DNA of 64,000 nt. It comes from Alphaproteobacteria bacterium. GTDB taxonomy: Bacteria; Pseudomonadota; Alphaproteobacteria; GCA-2731375. Location: positions 864,001 through 928,000 of the forward strand of contig CBDDPY010000002.1 of assembly GCA_965232515.1 (NCBI GenBank), read 5' to 3'. The translations under genes and the position numbers were made by a program. The first letter of the stretch is position 1; each line of letters starts with the position of its first letter. Shown here piece by piece: positions 1-10,777 of this stretch. Under the pieces are notes generated by a model. That model was not told the origin of the DNA. It saw only the letters and a program-made list of their open reading frames with translations, and ran no database searches.

Positions 1-1035
1 GACCTCATCCCCAAGTCCAGGAAGCGCCCGCCGTGCCGCCGGCAGCAGACGCCGCACCGCGCGATAGTTTGGCGGCGCGTCGAGGCCGGCGAGCTCGACA
101 CCGCTGGTGAGCCGGATACCATCCTCCATCGGCGCCAGTACGAAGGAATGATCGCCGATCACGGTCGGCCGGCGAAGCCCAGGTCCGTCATAGGCCGGCA
201 GGTTGAGGTGATAGCCGCGCTCGGTGTCGAGCGGTACCGGGCTGCCGAGTTGCACCGCGAGCGACTTCGACCAGGCGCCGGCTGCGATCACCAGCGCATC
301 GAGCGGATGCCGGCCTGACTCGGTGACGACCTCCGTCGGTCCCTCCGGTCCAATCTCGACGCGCGAGACCTTCTCGGTCCGGATCTCGCCGCCGTTGGCG
401 ACAACGTGTTCGGCCCAGCCACTGACCAGGCGGTGCGGGCTGCTGACGAAGCCGGCGTCGGGCTGGAAAATGCCGTGCCGGAAGATCGGCGCCAGGCCCG
501 GTTCGAGCTGGCGGATCTCGTCCTCGTTCAGGATCTCGAAGCGCACGCCGTGACGCGTCATCAGGTCGCGGTCGGCCGCCGTCGCGGCGAAGGCGGTGCC
601 GCTCTTATAGACTTTGAACCAGCCGACGCGATGCACGATGTTTTCGACCCGGCAGAGGTCGAGCTGCTCGGCATGCGCTTCGTAGGCCGACATAACCAGC
701 GGCGCCAGGGCCTGCGCCAGGGCTTCGACCCCGGCCGGCGTGCCAGCGCGCAGGAAGCGCCAGAGCCAGGGCGCCAGCCTGGGCAGATAGGCGGGCCGGA
801 TGCGCAAGGGCCCCAACGGGTCGAGCAACATCTTCGGCACCTGCCGCCACAGACCCGGCATGCTGACGGGCGCCACGGCGCCGTTGGCGATGGCGCCGGC
901 ATTGCCGAACGAGGTGGCGGTGCCGGGCGGACGCGGATCGAAAACCGTGACGCGGTGGCCGTCGGCCTGTAGCCGCAGGGCGCAACTGACGCCGACCGCG
1001 CCGGCGCCAACGATCGTCACGTGCCGGGGCTGCAT
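1..1035 (-). CDS. FAD-dependent oxidoreductase, D-amino acid dehydrogenase (DadA/DAO) family; 3' end runs off the window
   Basis: Not in the ORF track; I translated it by hand. It begins MQPRHVTIVGAGAVGVSCA (GxGxxG Rossmann motif) and contains TSFGNAG and DTERGYHL. The frame is open in the segments checked down to base 1. An alternative GTG start lies at 1047. Confidence 0.88.
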   Translation of the reverse strand, partial: MQPRHVTIVGAGAVGVSCALRLQADGHRVTVFDPRPPGTATSFGNAGAIANGAVAPVSMPGLWRQVPKMLLDPLGPLRIRPAYLPRLAPWLWRFLRAGTPAGVEALAQALAPLVMSAYEAHAEQLDLCRVENIVHRVGWFKVYKSGTAFAATAADRDLMTRHGVRFEILNEDEIRQLEPGLAPIFRHGIFQPDAGFVSSPHRLVSGWAEHVVANGGEIRTEKVSRVEIGPEGPTEVVTESGRHPLDALVIAAGAWSKSLAVQLGSPVPLDTERGYHLNLPAYDGPGLRRPTVIGDHSFVLAPMEDGIRLTSGVELAGLDAPPNYRAVRRLLPAARRALPGLGDEV

Positions 1036-1059
1036 GGGCGCGGACACGACGGGTTGCCG

Positions 1060-2334
1060 CTACAACTTGAACGGGATGTAAAGCGCGATGTCGGGGATCA
1101 GATAGATCACCACGATCGAGAACAGCATCATGGCGATGAACGGCAGCACGCCGCGCGCCACGTCCGACAGCTGGGACTTCGCCACGGCCTGAATGACGAA
1201 CAGGTTCAGGCCGACGGGCGGCGTGATCAGGGCGCATTCGATCATGATCACGAACATGATGCCGAACCAGATGGGATCGATGCCGAGCCCGGCGAGCGAC
1301 GGATGCAGCACCGGCACCATGATCAGCAGCATCGACAGCGCTTCCAGGAAGAAACCCATTACCAGCAGCACCAGGCAGACGATGACGATGAACATGCCTG
1401 TCTCGTTTATGTTGGCGGCGATGAGCTGCGAGACGTCGTACGGGATGCGGTAGAGCGTGATGGCCTTGGCGAAGACCTTGGCGCCGGCCAGGATCAGGAG
1501 GATGGTCACCGTCGTGCGCATGGACTCCACGACGGCTTCCTTGATCTGGGCCCAAGTGATCGAGCGCAGCACGAAGATGGTCAGGATCAGCGCCATGGCG
1601 AAGCCGATGCCCGCGGCCTCGGTCGGCGTGAAGATGCCCAAGTAGATCCCAAGGATGATAACCGCGGCCAGCACGAAGGTCGGCGTCGCCCGCATGGTCG
1701 CGCGCACGCGTTCGTCCCAGGTGGCGCGGGCGACCGGCGTGAAGGCGCCGGAGAACTTGGCATAGAGGATCGAGAAGACGATGAACATGCCGGCCAGCAT
1801 CAGGCCCGGGCCGATGCCGGCGAGGAACAGGTCGACGATGCTCTCCTCGGCGACAACGCCGAAGATGATCATCGGGATCGACGGCGGAATGAGGATGCCG
1901 AGCGTGCCGCCGGCCGCCAGCAGGCCGTAGACGAAGCGCGGCTGGTACCCGCGTTCGATCATCTCCGGGATAGCGACGACGCCGATGGTCGCGGCCGTGG
2001 CCACCGAGCTGCCGGAGATCGCCGCGAAGATGGCGCAGGACACGATGGTGGCGACCGCAAGTCCGCCCGGCCAATGGCCGACCCAGGTCTGCACGGCCGC
2101 GAACAGGTCCCGGCCGACGCCGCCCTTCAGCAGGATGTTCGACATCAAGATGAACAGGGGCGCCGCCAGCAGGATGAAGTTGTCGATCGAGCTGTAAAGC
2201 GCCTGTGGCACGATCACCAGCGACAGATCGTTCACCAGCAGCAGGGCGAGCCCGAGGCCGCCCAACGCGAATGCGATCGGTAAACCGGTCAGCAGCAGCG
2301 CCAGTAGTATGACCAGGATGATGAGAGCGGACAT
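1060..2334 (-). CDS. dctM: TRAP transporter large permease (DctM)
   Basis: 424 aa polytopic membrane protein with FAAISGSS, GGTLGILIPPS, FTPTEAA and ITPPVGLNLF motifs. Confidence 0.95.
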   Translation of the reverse strand: MSALIILVILLALLLTGLPIAFALGGLGLALLLVNDLSLVIVPQALYSSIDNFILLAAPLFILMSNILLKGGVGRDLFAAVQTWVGHWPGGLAVATIVSCAIFAAISGSSVATAATIGVVAIPEMIERGYQPRFVYGLLAAGGTLGILIPPSIPMIIFGVVAEESIVDLFLAGIGPGLMLAGMFIVFSILYAKFSGAFTPVARATWDERVRATMRATPTFVLAAVIILGIYLGIFTPTEAAGIGFAMALILTIFVLRSITWAQIKEAVVESMRTTVTILLILAGAKVFAKAITLYRIPYDVSQLIAANINETGMFIVIVCLVLLVMGFFLEALSMLLIMVPVLHPSLAGLGIDPIWFGIMFVIMIECALITPPVGLNLFVIQAVAKSQLSDVARGVLPFIAMMLFSIVVIYLIPDIALYIPFKL

Positions 2335-2340
2335 GCGGCG

Positions 2341-2847
2341 CTACATCTGCTCTTCGATGCGGTCCTCACCCAGGTCCTCGCCGCGGGTGAGGCGGGCGAG
2401 CAGGGCGAGGCATTGCAGCAGCAACAGGCCGAAGCCGATCGGGATGGCGATCTCGGTATACCATTTGGGCACGCCGAGCATGGTCGAGCTGGCGCGGCCC
2501 TTCTGAATGGAATCGACGACGATCTCGACGCCCCACCAGATCGCGACGCCGCAGAAGCCGGCGATGCAGAGTAGCGAGAACGCCTCCGCCCAGCGCCGTC
2601 CTTGTGCGCCCAGGCGGTCGACCAGCAGCGTGATGCGGATCATGTGCCGGTGCCGCAGCACGTAGGCTGCGGCCAGGTAAGTGGCCCAGATCTGGAAGAA
2701 GCGGCTCATCTCCTCGGCCCAGATCGTCGGCGCGTTGAAGACGTAACGGGCCACCACTTCGTAGGTGATCATGCCGCCGATGACGAAGAACATCCAGGCG
2801 GCGAACCGGCCGCTGAATTCGCCGACGGTATCGATCAGGCGCAGCAT
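2341..2847 (-). CDS. dctQ: TRAP transporter small permease (DctQ)
   Basis: 168 aa with 4 TM segments and an EVVARYVFNAPTIWAEE motif; lies between dctP and dctM. Confidence 0.93.
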   Translation of the reverse strand: MLRLIDTVGEFSGRFAAWMFFVIGGMITYEVVARYVFNAPTIWAEEMSRFFQIWATYLAAAYVLRHRHMIRITLLVDRLGAQGRRWAEAFSLLCIAGFCGVAIWWGVEIVVDSIQKGRASSTMLGVPKWYTEIAIPIGFGLLLLQCLALLARLTRGEDLGEDRIEEQM

Positions 2848-2873
2848 GTCAGATCAGGCCAGGCGGACGGAAC

Positions 2874-2899
2874 GGCCGGCGGCAGTGTTGCCGCCGGCC
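2874..2899 (-). terminator. Intercistronic stem-loop after dctP (partial terminator or mRNA-stabilising hairpin)
   Basis: Perfect 11-bp inverted repeat GGCCGGCGGCA-gtgt-TGCCGCCGGCC in the dctP-dctQ gap; no long U tract. Confidence 0.55.
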
Positions 2900-2923
2900 A
2901 TGCCCCCTACGAAACATTCGCCG

Positions 2924-3961
2924 CTATTGCAGCTTGCGCGCTTCGGAGATCAGCTTTTCGCCGAGCGGGCCGGACTGCTGGATGTAGAAGTCGACCACCG
3001 GCTCGGCCGCCTTGCGCCATTCCGCCCGCTGGGCGTCGCTCAGGTCGACCACCTTCATGTCGGTCTCGGCCTTGATCCAGGCGATCGTGTCTTCGTGGAT
3101 CTTGGCGTATTTCTCGCGCAGGTCCTTCTCGACCGTGCGGGCGGCGTTGCTGATGATCTCGCGCTCTTTCTCCGAGAAGTCCTGCCAGACGTCCTCGTTG
3201 ATCAGCACGACGAACTCCAGGCCGGCATGGTTGGTCAGGATCGTGTAGTCCATGACCTCGTGCAGCTTGCGCGACTTCACGGCCGTGACGCCGGTCATGC
3301 CGGCATCGACGGTGCCGCGCTGATAGGCCAGGAACTGCTCCGAGCCCGACATCAGGGTCGGCGCGGCGCCGGTCTGCTTGACGAACTCGCCGAGGATCTT
3401 GCCGAACACGCGGACCTTTTTGTCCTTCATGTCGGCCGGGGTGGCGATCGGCTCGTCCTTGCTCAGCATCACCGACAGGCCAAAGGCCTGCCACCAGAGC
3501 ACACGGGCGCCGGTCTTCAGGATCTCGGCGTCAAGCGCCTCGCGGATCGGGTGGCCGGGCGCGGTGGCCTTGGCAATGGAGGCGTTGTCATTGAACGTGA
3601 ACGGCACGAACATCAGATCGACGGCCGGGATCGTGCCGGCAAAGCGGGTCAGCGACGCCGAGCCCATCTCCACCGCGCCCGAGGCGACGGCCTGCGGCAC
3701 TTCCTTGTCCTTGTAGAGCTGAGCCGAGTCGTAGATTTCGACCTTGATCTCGCCGTTCGACTCGCGTTCGACGATCTCCTTAAACGCCAGGTGGTTCTGG
3801 CCGAGGATGTTCTTCAGCGGCAGCTGCAGCGTGATGCGCAGCGTCTTGGCGGCTTCGGCCGCATCGGGCGTCGCGAACGCCGCCATGGCGCCGATTGTCA
3901 GCGCCAGCGCCGTGGTCTTCATGCCGGCCCGCAGACGCGCGGCAAGGATCGATCCCGTCAT
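2924..3961 (-). CDS. dctP: TRAP substrate-binding protein (DctP)
   Basis: Signal peptide, GEIKVEIYDSAQL and the DMKDKKVRV conserved Arg. Start moved to ATG 3961, which follows a GGAGGAG Shine-Dalgarno (SD). Confidence 0.93.
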   Translation of the reverse strand: MTGSILAARLRAGMKTTALALTIGAMAAFATPDAAEAAKTLRITLQLPLKNILGQNHLAFKEIVERESNGEIKVEIYDSAQLYKDKEVPQAVASGAVEMGSASLTRFAGTIPAVDLMFVPFTFNDNASIAKATAPGHPIREALDAEILKTGARVLWWQAFGLSVMLSKDEPIATPADMKDKKVRVFGKILGEFVKQTGAAPTLMSGSEQFLAYQRGTVDAGMTGVTAVKSRKLHEVMDYTILTNHAGLEFVVLINEDVWQDFSEKEREIISNAARTVEKDLREKYAKIHEDTIAWIKAETDMKVVDLSDAQRAEWRKAAEPVVDFYIQQSGPLGEKLISEARKLQ

Positions 3962-4166
3962 GTTGTCTCCTCCCAACGGATCAGGATGTTTCGACCGGTC
4001 GGACATGCCGGCCTTCTGTCGCGCATTCTCGTGGCTGTTGCCGCGCCAAGTCAACGTGTCCCGACGGCCACACCGGCAACGTGTTATTAACCATGATGAC
4101 CGCAGCATGCCCGCGGCCTAATCACCAGGGGTCCAGCATCTCACCTCATCTCGACAGGTTGCGGCC

Positions 4167-6896
4167 ATGCTCTGGCTGATCGGCATCGTCGTCGCCATCG
4201 GACTGCCGGTCTGCGCCATTCTGGGCGCGGTCGCCTTTACGCGGTCCCGACGCCTGGAAGATCAACTGCGGCGGGTCAGCAACGATCTCGACCTGCTACG
4301 CATGCAATTCGAGCATCTCGGGCGCCAGCAGGAGCAACCGCCGTCGGCAGAGTCCACCGAGGCGGGCAACGTTACGCCCGAGCCGGAACCGGCTGCCGAC
4401 GAGCCGGAAACGCCGATGCCGGAACCGGAGCAGGCACCGGCCGCCGCCATGGCGACGGTTGCCGTCGACCGGTCGGCGTCGATCGAGGAGAGCTTCACGT
4501 CGAAATGGCTGGTCTGGCTGGGCGGCGTCACCATCGCGCTTGGCGGCGGCTTCCTCGTGAAGTTCAGCATCGATCAAGGCCTGTTAGGGCCGGGGCCGCG
4601 CACGCTGATCGGCCTTGCCGTTGGCGTGCTATTGATTGCCGGCGGCGAGTGGCTGCGTCGCCGCCCTCGTGAACGGCAATGGGCCACGATCAAGCCGTCA
4701 TATATCCCGGCGGCGCTCACGGCGGGCGGTCTGTTCACGCTTTTCGCCAACATCTTCGCGGCCTATGGCCTCTACGGCTTCATCTCGCCGCTGGTCGCCT
4801 TCGTCGGCCTGACGCTGATCGCGGCGCTGGCCTTCGGGCTGTCGTTGCTGCAGGGCCCGTTCATCGCCGCGCTGGCGATCGTCGGCGGCTACAGCATCCC
4901 GGTTCTGGTCTCGACCGGCAGCGCCGATATGCTGGGGCTGTTCGGGTTTCTGTTGTTGCTGCAGGTCACCGCGCTCGCGGTCCTGCGCTACATGGCCTGG
5001 TGGTGGCTCGGCTGGCTGACGCTCGCCGGCGCCGTCGTCTGGACGCTGTTGTGGTTGATCGACCCTTACACGCACGGAGATGCGCCGGTTCAGGCCGCCT
5101 ATCTGTTGCTGACGTCGGCGCTGTTCGTCTTCACCCGCTATCGGACGCCGGACGATGCCTATGACGTCACGCCCTCATGGTCCGCGCTTCTTGGCCTGCC
5201 GAACGCGATCAAGCAGGCCTGGGTCGCGGCACTGCTCGCCGCGCTGCTGACGTTCGTCCTGATCCGGGTCGACGGCTATGGCACGCCTGTTCTGATCGTG
5301 CTCGGCCTGCTGACCCTGCTATGGCTGGTCGCCGGAAGACGGGAAGCCGTGTTCGACATCCTGCCGGCCGTCGGCCTCGCCCTCGTTGCCGCGACGCTCG
5401 CCCTCTGGCATCTGCCGAGTATCGTCAGCCTGCGCGGCCCGATGTTCCAGTTTGACGGCGAGAGCTACGGCCATCTGATCGGACCGGTCGTGCCGCCGGA
5501 GCTGACCACGTTCGTCGCCACCACCATTGTCTTCGCCACGTTGCTGGCGGTCGGCTGTTTCGTCGCCCTGTGGGGGGCGCGGCGGCCCGGGCTCTGGGCG
5601 GCCGTGTCGACGGCCGCGCCACTGATCCTGTTGATCGTTGCCTACGGCCGGATCGCCCGGTTCGAGGTCGATTTCGCCTGGGCCGCGATCAGCCTGGGCG
5701 TCGGCGTGATCAACCTCGCCGCCGCCTATCGCGTGGCGCGCTATCGCGGCCACCATGGCATGGACGCGGCGCTCGGCGCCTATGCCGTCGGCGTCGTCGC
5801 CGCGGTCGTCCTGGCGACCGCCATCGTGCTGGAGGAGGCCTGGCTGACCGTGGCGCTGGCGGTGCAGCTGCCGGTGATCGCCTGGATCAACGACAAGCTG
5901 AAGGTGGACGGCCTGCGTCATGTCGCCGTCGTGCTCGGCGGCGCGGTGCTGACGCGCCTTGCCTTCAACTACGCGATCATCGACTACCGGGACGCCGGCC
6001 TGCCGATCCTGAACTGGATTCTCTACGGCTACGGCATTCCCGCGCTGGCCTTCTACCTGGCGGCGGGGCTGTTCCGCCGACAACGCGACGACCATCTCGT
6101 GGTTCTGATGGAGGCCGGCGCGCTGGCCTTCGCGACGCTGCTGGTCAGCCTGCAAATCCGGCACCTGATGACGGGCGGCGACCTGGTCGCCGACTACCGC
6201 TTTACGGAAATGGCGCTGCAATCGATCGCCTGGCTAGCGATCGGCTACGCGCTCTACGTGGCGCAAGCGCGGCGCGACCGCCTAGTCAGCCGCTGGGGCT
6301 GGCGTATCCTGACGGGTCTCGGGACGCTGCAGGTCTTCGGCGGCCAGGTGCTGCTGTTCAATCCGCTGTTTCATTGGGGCGAGCCGGTGGGCGATTGGCC
6401 GGTGGTCAATCTGCTGCTGCTGGCCTATGGCTTGCCTGCGTTGATTGCCGGCCTGTTCGCCCGGCAAGCCGGTTTGCGGGGGCAGGGACGCCTGGCGGCG
6501 GCCGCGGGCATTGCGGTGCTGGCGCTGCTGTTCGTCGAGCTGTCGCTGGAAATCCGACGCGGCTTCCATGGGCCGGTGCTCTATGGCGGGTTCGTCAGCG
6601 ATCCCGAATGGTACGCCTATTCGGCCGGCTGGCTGGTCTATGCCGGCGTGCTGCTGGCGCTCGGCATCTGGCGCGGCAGCGCGGCGTTGCGCTACGCCTC
6701 GCTCGCCATCGTCATGCTGACCGTCGCCAAGGTATTCCTGATCGATATGTCCGAGCTGACCGGCATCCTGCGCGCGTTGTCCTTCATGGGCCTCGGCCTG
6801 ACGCTGGTCGGCGTCGGCTGGCTCTACCGCCGCTTCGTCTTCCCGCCGACGCCGCCCGCGCCGGCGGCCGGGGCGAGCGCCCCGGCGTCGGACTGA
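4167..6896 (+). CDS. DUF2339-type large membrane protein
   Basis: 909 aa: N-terminal TM and coiled segment, Pro/Glu-rich linker, EE..KWLVWLGGV..GGGFLVKFSIDQGLLGP motif, about 25 TM segments and C-terminal KVFLIDMSELTGILRALSF. Confidence 0.85.
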   Translation: MLWLIGIVVAIGLPVCAILGAVAFTRSRRLEDQLRRVSNDLDLLRMQFEHLGRQQEQPPSAESTEAGNVTPEPEPAADEPETPMPEPEQAPAAAMATVAVDRSASIEESFTSKWLVWLGGVTIALGGGFLVKFSIDQGLLGPGPRTLIGLAVGVLLIAGGEWLRRRPRERQWATIKPSYIPAALTAGGLFTLFANIFAAYGLYGFISPLVAFVGLTLIAALAFGLSLLQGPFIAALAIVGGYSIPVLVSTGSADMLGLFGFLLLLQVTALAVLRYMAWWWLGWLTLAGAVVWTLLWLIDPYTHGDAPVQAAYLLLTSALFVFTRYRTPDDAYDVTPSWSALLGLPNAIKQAWVAALLAALLTFVLIRVDGYGTPVLIVLGLLTLLWLVAGRREAVFDILPAVGLALVAATLALWHLPSIVSLRGPMFQFDGESYGHLIGPVVPPELTTFVATTIVFATLLAVGCFVALWGARRPGLWAAVSTAAPLILLIVAYGRIARFEVDFAWAAISLGVGVINLAAAYRVARYRGHHGMDAALGAYAVGVVAAVVLATAIVLEEAWLTVALAVQLPVIAWINDKLKVDGLRHVAVVLGGAVLTRLAFNYAIIDYRDAGLPILNWILYGYGIPALAFYLAAGLFRRQRDDHLVVLMEAGALAFATLLVSLQIRHLMTGGDLVADYRFTEMALQSIAWLAIGYALYVAQARRDRLVSRWGWRILTGLGTLQVFGGQVLLFNPLFHWGEPVGDWPVVNLLLLAYGLPALIAGLFARQAGLRGQGRLAAAAGIAVLALLFVELSLEIRRGFHGPVLYGGFVSDPEWYAYSAGWLVYAGVLLALGIWRGSAALRYASLAIVMLTVAKVFLIDMSELTGILRALSFMGLGLTLVGVGWLYRRFVFPPTPPAPAAGASAPASD

Positions 6897-6912
6897 TGGT
6901 CGGAGGTTTGCG

Positions 6913-8022
<1,110 letters not shown>

Positions 8023-8066
8023 GATGCTCTCCCTTATTGCGTTCGTTCTGTCGACGTTTTGCTTGA

Positions 8067-8828
8067 TCAGGTGGCGTAGTCCGGCTCATCGCGGTCGAGC
8101 AGGCGCTTCAGCGACTCGAAATGTCGCGCCGCCGAGTTCGCGACGTTCGGCATCATCTGCTCGTGCGTGTGCTTGGCCATGTTGTCGCTGACCTTCTTCA
8201 GCGGCAGGCCGGTCGACATGGCGATGACCTGGGCCTGGCAGGCGCGCTCGAGATAGTAGAGGGCGTCGAAGGCCTGGGCCACGGTCGGCCCGATCACAGT
8301 GACGCCGTGATTGGCCATGAACATGACTTCCTTGTCGCCCATGGCCGCGGCGATCCGGTCGCCTTCGTCATTGGCCAGCGCCAGGCCGTTGAAGTCTTCG
8401 TCATAGGCCACCCGACCGTAGAACCGGATGGCTGATTGGATCGTCGGCTCGAGCCGCCCGCCCAGCACCTGCGTCAGGGCCGTCGCATAGGGCTGATGCG
8501 TGTGCAGCACGCAGGCCGCATCGGGCGCCTTCAGATGGATGCGCGAATGGATATAGAAGGCGGTGTCCTCGGCGATGCCGTCGCCCTCGATGACATTGCC
8601 GTCAACATCGACCACCAGCAGGTTACTGGCGGTGACCTCGGACCAGTGCAGCCCGTAGGGGTTGAGCAGGAAACGGTTTTCGGCGCCCGGCACCATCAGC
8701 GTGAAATGGTTGCAGATCCCCTCGTGGAACCCGTTGCGCACGGCCAGACGAAAGGCCGCGGCCAGATCGACCCGGGCCTGCCAGACGGCGTCGTCGCTGG
8801 CCGGCATTGGCGCTGCAGCTATGCTCAT
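8067..8828 (-). CDS. Class II aldolase/adducin family protein
   Basis: [18 protein letters not shown]; Zn-binding His motifs LHTHQPY and NHGV; LYYLERAC. Start moved to ATG 8828, after AGGA. Confidence 0.88.
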   Translation of the reverse strand: MSIAAAPMPASDDAVWQARVDLAAAFRLAVRNGFHEGICNHFTLMVPGAENRFLLNPYGLHWSEVTASNLLVVDVDGNVIEGDGIAEDTAFYIHSRIHLKAPDAACVLHTHQPYATALTQVLGGRLEPTIQSAIRFYGRVAYDEDFNGLALANDEGDRIAAAMGDKEVMFMANHGVTVIGPTVAQAFDALYYLERACQAQVIAMSTGLPLKKVSDNMAKHTHEQMMPNVANSAARHFESLKRLLDRDEPDYAT

Positions 8829-8921
8829 ATCCTGTCGCCCCTCCAATACATTCGGACACCGTTATACACGCGGGTCCGGCCGCATTCCAGGCAGGGGCAT
8901 TTGGTTAACGGCTGTTATGCG

Positions 8922-8950
8922 TTGATGGGCAACAAGGGCCCGGCTATGCT
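8922..8950 (+). promoter_or_regulatory. Putative sigma70 promoter for the second TRAP operon
   Basis: TTGATG-N17-TATGCT upstream of dctP (9023). Confidence 0.5.
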
Positions 8951-9022
8951 GCCGCCATGTCAATCGGCGGTATGCTGAACAAGAAACAACGGCCGCCATT
9001 CGAGTCTGGGAGGTATCGCAGC

Positions 9023-10066
9023 ATGAAAACACTCGCACTCCGTTTCGGCACGGCGCTGGCCGGCGTTGCCGCGTTGGGCCTGGTTGCCACCGGCACGGCC
9101 GAGGCCGCCGAGGTCGACGGGCCGAAGGTCGACTGGAATCTGTCGCTCTGGGGCAAGAAGCGGGCCTTCACCAGCGGCCTGGAAGCCGTGGTCAACTACG
9201 TGTCGGACAAGACCGGCGGCAACTTCACGATCAACATGGCGCTCGGCGAAGCGCTGTCGAAATCGCGTGAAAACCTCGACGGCATACAGCTCGGCGCGTT
9301 CGAGATGGCGGCGTTCTGCAACTTCTACCATCCGGGCAAGAATCCCTCGTTCATGGTGATGTCGCTGCCTTTCCTGCCGCTGGCGAACCCGGACGTGCAC
9401 CAGAAGGTGGCCGAGGCGCTGTACCAGCACCCGGCCGCGATCGCCGACATGGACCGCTGGAATGCCAAGCTGTACCTGTCGTCCCTGCTGCCGCAGTACG
9501 AGTTCCTGGGCCGCGGCGATGCGCCGACGTCGATCAACGGTTTCGACGGCATGCGGGTGCGCGCCGGCGGCGGCATCGGCCGCGCCATGGAGGTGCTCGG
9601 CGCGACGCGGATGACCGTGCCCGCGCCTGAGGTCTATACCGTGATCGAGCGCGGCACCGTCGATGCCGTGTCCTTTCCGTTCACCTACGCGCACTTCGCC
9701 TATCGCGTGCACGAAGTCGCCACCTGGTACACCGCGAACCTGAAGCCCGGCACCAGCGAATGCCCGACGGTGATCAACAAGGACGCCTGGGCCAAGCTGC
9801 CGCCACAGTACCAGCAGGTGCTGATGGACGCGAAGCCGGTGGGCTATGCCGCCCTGAAGAATGCCTATTCCGACATCGACAAGAAGAACCTGCCGGTGCT
9901 GGAGCAGAAGCTGCAGAAGATCGTCTATTCGGACGCCGACCTGGAAACGTTCCGCGCCAAGGCCGGCAAGCCGGTCTGGGACGAGTGGGTGGCGCAGAAC
10001 AAGGACAAGTTCGATTCAGCCGGCGTGCTGAAGCTGGTGCTCGACACCGCCAAGGGGGCGATGTAA
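9023..10066 (+). CDS. dctP: TRAP substrate-binding protein (DctP family)
   Basis: GGGAGG SD before ATG 9023, signal peptide, FDGMRVRAGGG and EVYTVIERGTVDA motifs. Confidence 0.92.
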   Translation: MKTLALRFGTALAGVAALGLVATGTAEAAEVDGPKVDWNLSLWGKKRAFTSGLEAVVNYVSDKTGGNFTINMALGEALSKSRENLDGIQLGAFEMAAFCNFYHPGKNPSFMVMSLPFLPLANPDVHQKVAEALYQHPAAIADMDRWNAKLYLSSLLPQYEFLGRGDAPTSINGFDGMRVRAGGGIGRAMEVLGATRMTVPAPEVYTVIERGTVDAVSFPFTYAHFAYRVHEVATWYTANLKPGTSECPTVINKDAWAKLPPQYQQVLMDAKPVGYAALKNAYSDIDKKNLPVLEQKLQKIVYSDADLETFRAKAGKPVWDEWVAQNKDKFDSAGVLKLVLDTAKGAM

Positions 10067-10077
10067 TCGACTGGATC

Positions 10078-10114
10078 GTGGCCGGGACGGCGGATTCGCC
10101 ACTGTCCCGGCCAC
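10078..10114 (+). terminator. Intercistronic stem-loop after dctP
   Basis: 11-bp inverted repeat GTGGCCGGGAC...GTCCCGGCCAC with an inner GGCG/CGCC stem, starting 11 nt after the dctP stop. Confidence 0.55.
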
Positions 10115-10171
10115 AAACCCTCCTCGGGATCATGCGGTCTCAACCGCCTCGAAACAGCATGGCATCGGCCG

Positions 10172-10774
10172 ATGTCCGGCTTTGACCGCGTTCTCGCCCG
10201 CATCGAGACGGGCTTCAACCTGATCGCCGCCTTCAGCATTTTCGTATTGATGTTCCTCGGCGTGGGACAGGTGCTGGGCCGCAAGCTGCTCAACATGCCG
10301 ATCTTCGGTTATCTCGACATCGTCGAGCAGGCAATCGCGCTATTCGCCTTCCTGGGCATCGCTTATTGCCAGCGCCTCGGCGGCCATATCCGCATGGAAC
10401 TGCTGCTGACCCAGCTTCGCGGCCGCGCGCTCTGGCTGGCCGAGGCTCTAGGCATCGTTCTGGCGTTGGCTGTTGTCGCCATCCTGATCGAGAACAGCTT
10501 CGGCCATTTCCTGCGCGCCTACGAATTCGGCGATTCAACCATCGACGCCGAGATACCGGTCTGGCCATCGAAACTGCTGGTGCCGGTGGCGTTCTCGCTG
10601 CTCTGGCTGCGACTGGTGCTGCAGCTCGTCGAGTACGGCCGGCTGGCACTCGATCCCGACAGCAAGCCGCGTGGCGTGCCGACGATCGCGGCACTCAGCG
10701 AACAGGCCCAGCGCGAGATCCAGGAAGCCGGTGTCGACGACGCGCCGCCGCAAACGGCGCGGGGCGGGAGCTAG
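10172..10774 (+). CDS. dctQ: TRAP small permease (DctQ)
   Basis: 4 TM segments, QVLGRKLLNMPIFG and YCQRLGGHIRME motifs. Confidence 0.92.
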   Translation: MSGFDRVLARIETGFNLIAAFSIFVLMFLGVGQVLGRKLLNMPIFGYLDIVEQAIALFAFLGIAYCQRLGGHIRMELLLTQLRGRALWLAEALGIVLALAVVAILIENSFGHFLRAYEFGDSTIDAEIPVWPSKLLVPVAFSLLWLRLVLQLVEYGRLALDPDSKPRGVPTIAALSEQAQREIQEAGVDDAPPQTARGGS

Positions 10775-10777
10775 GCT

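Noticed and set aside
4087-4094. TTAACCAT CtrA half-site in the dctP/DUF2339 spacer (similar half-site at 8902-8908)
   Set aside because: There is no correctly spaced second half-site, so it is too weak to call.
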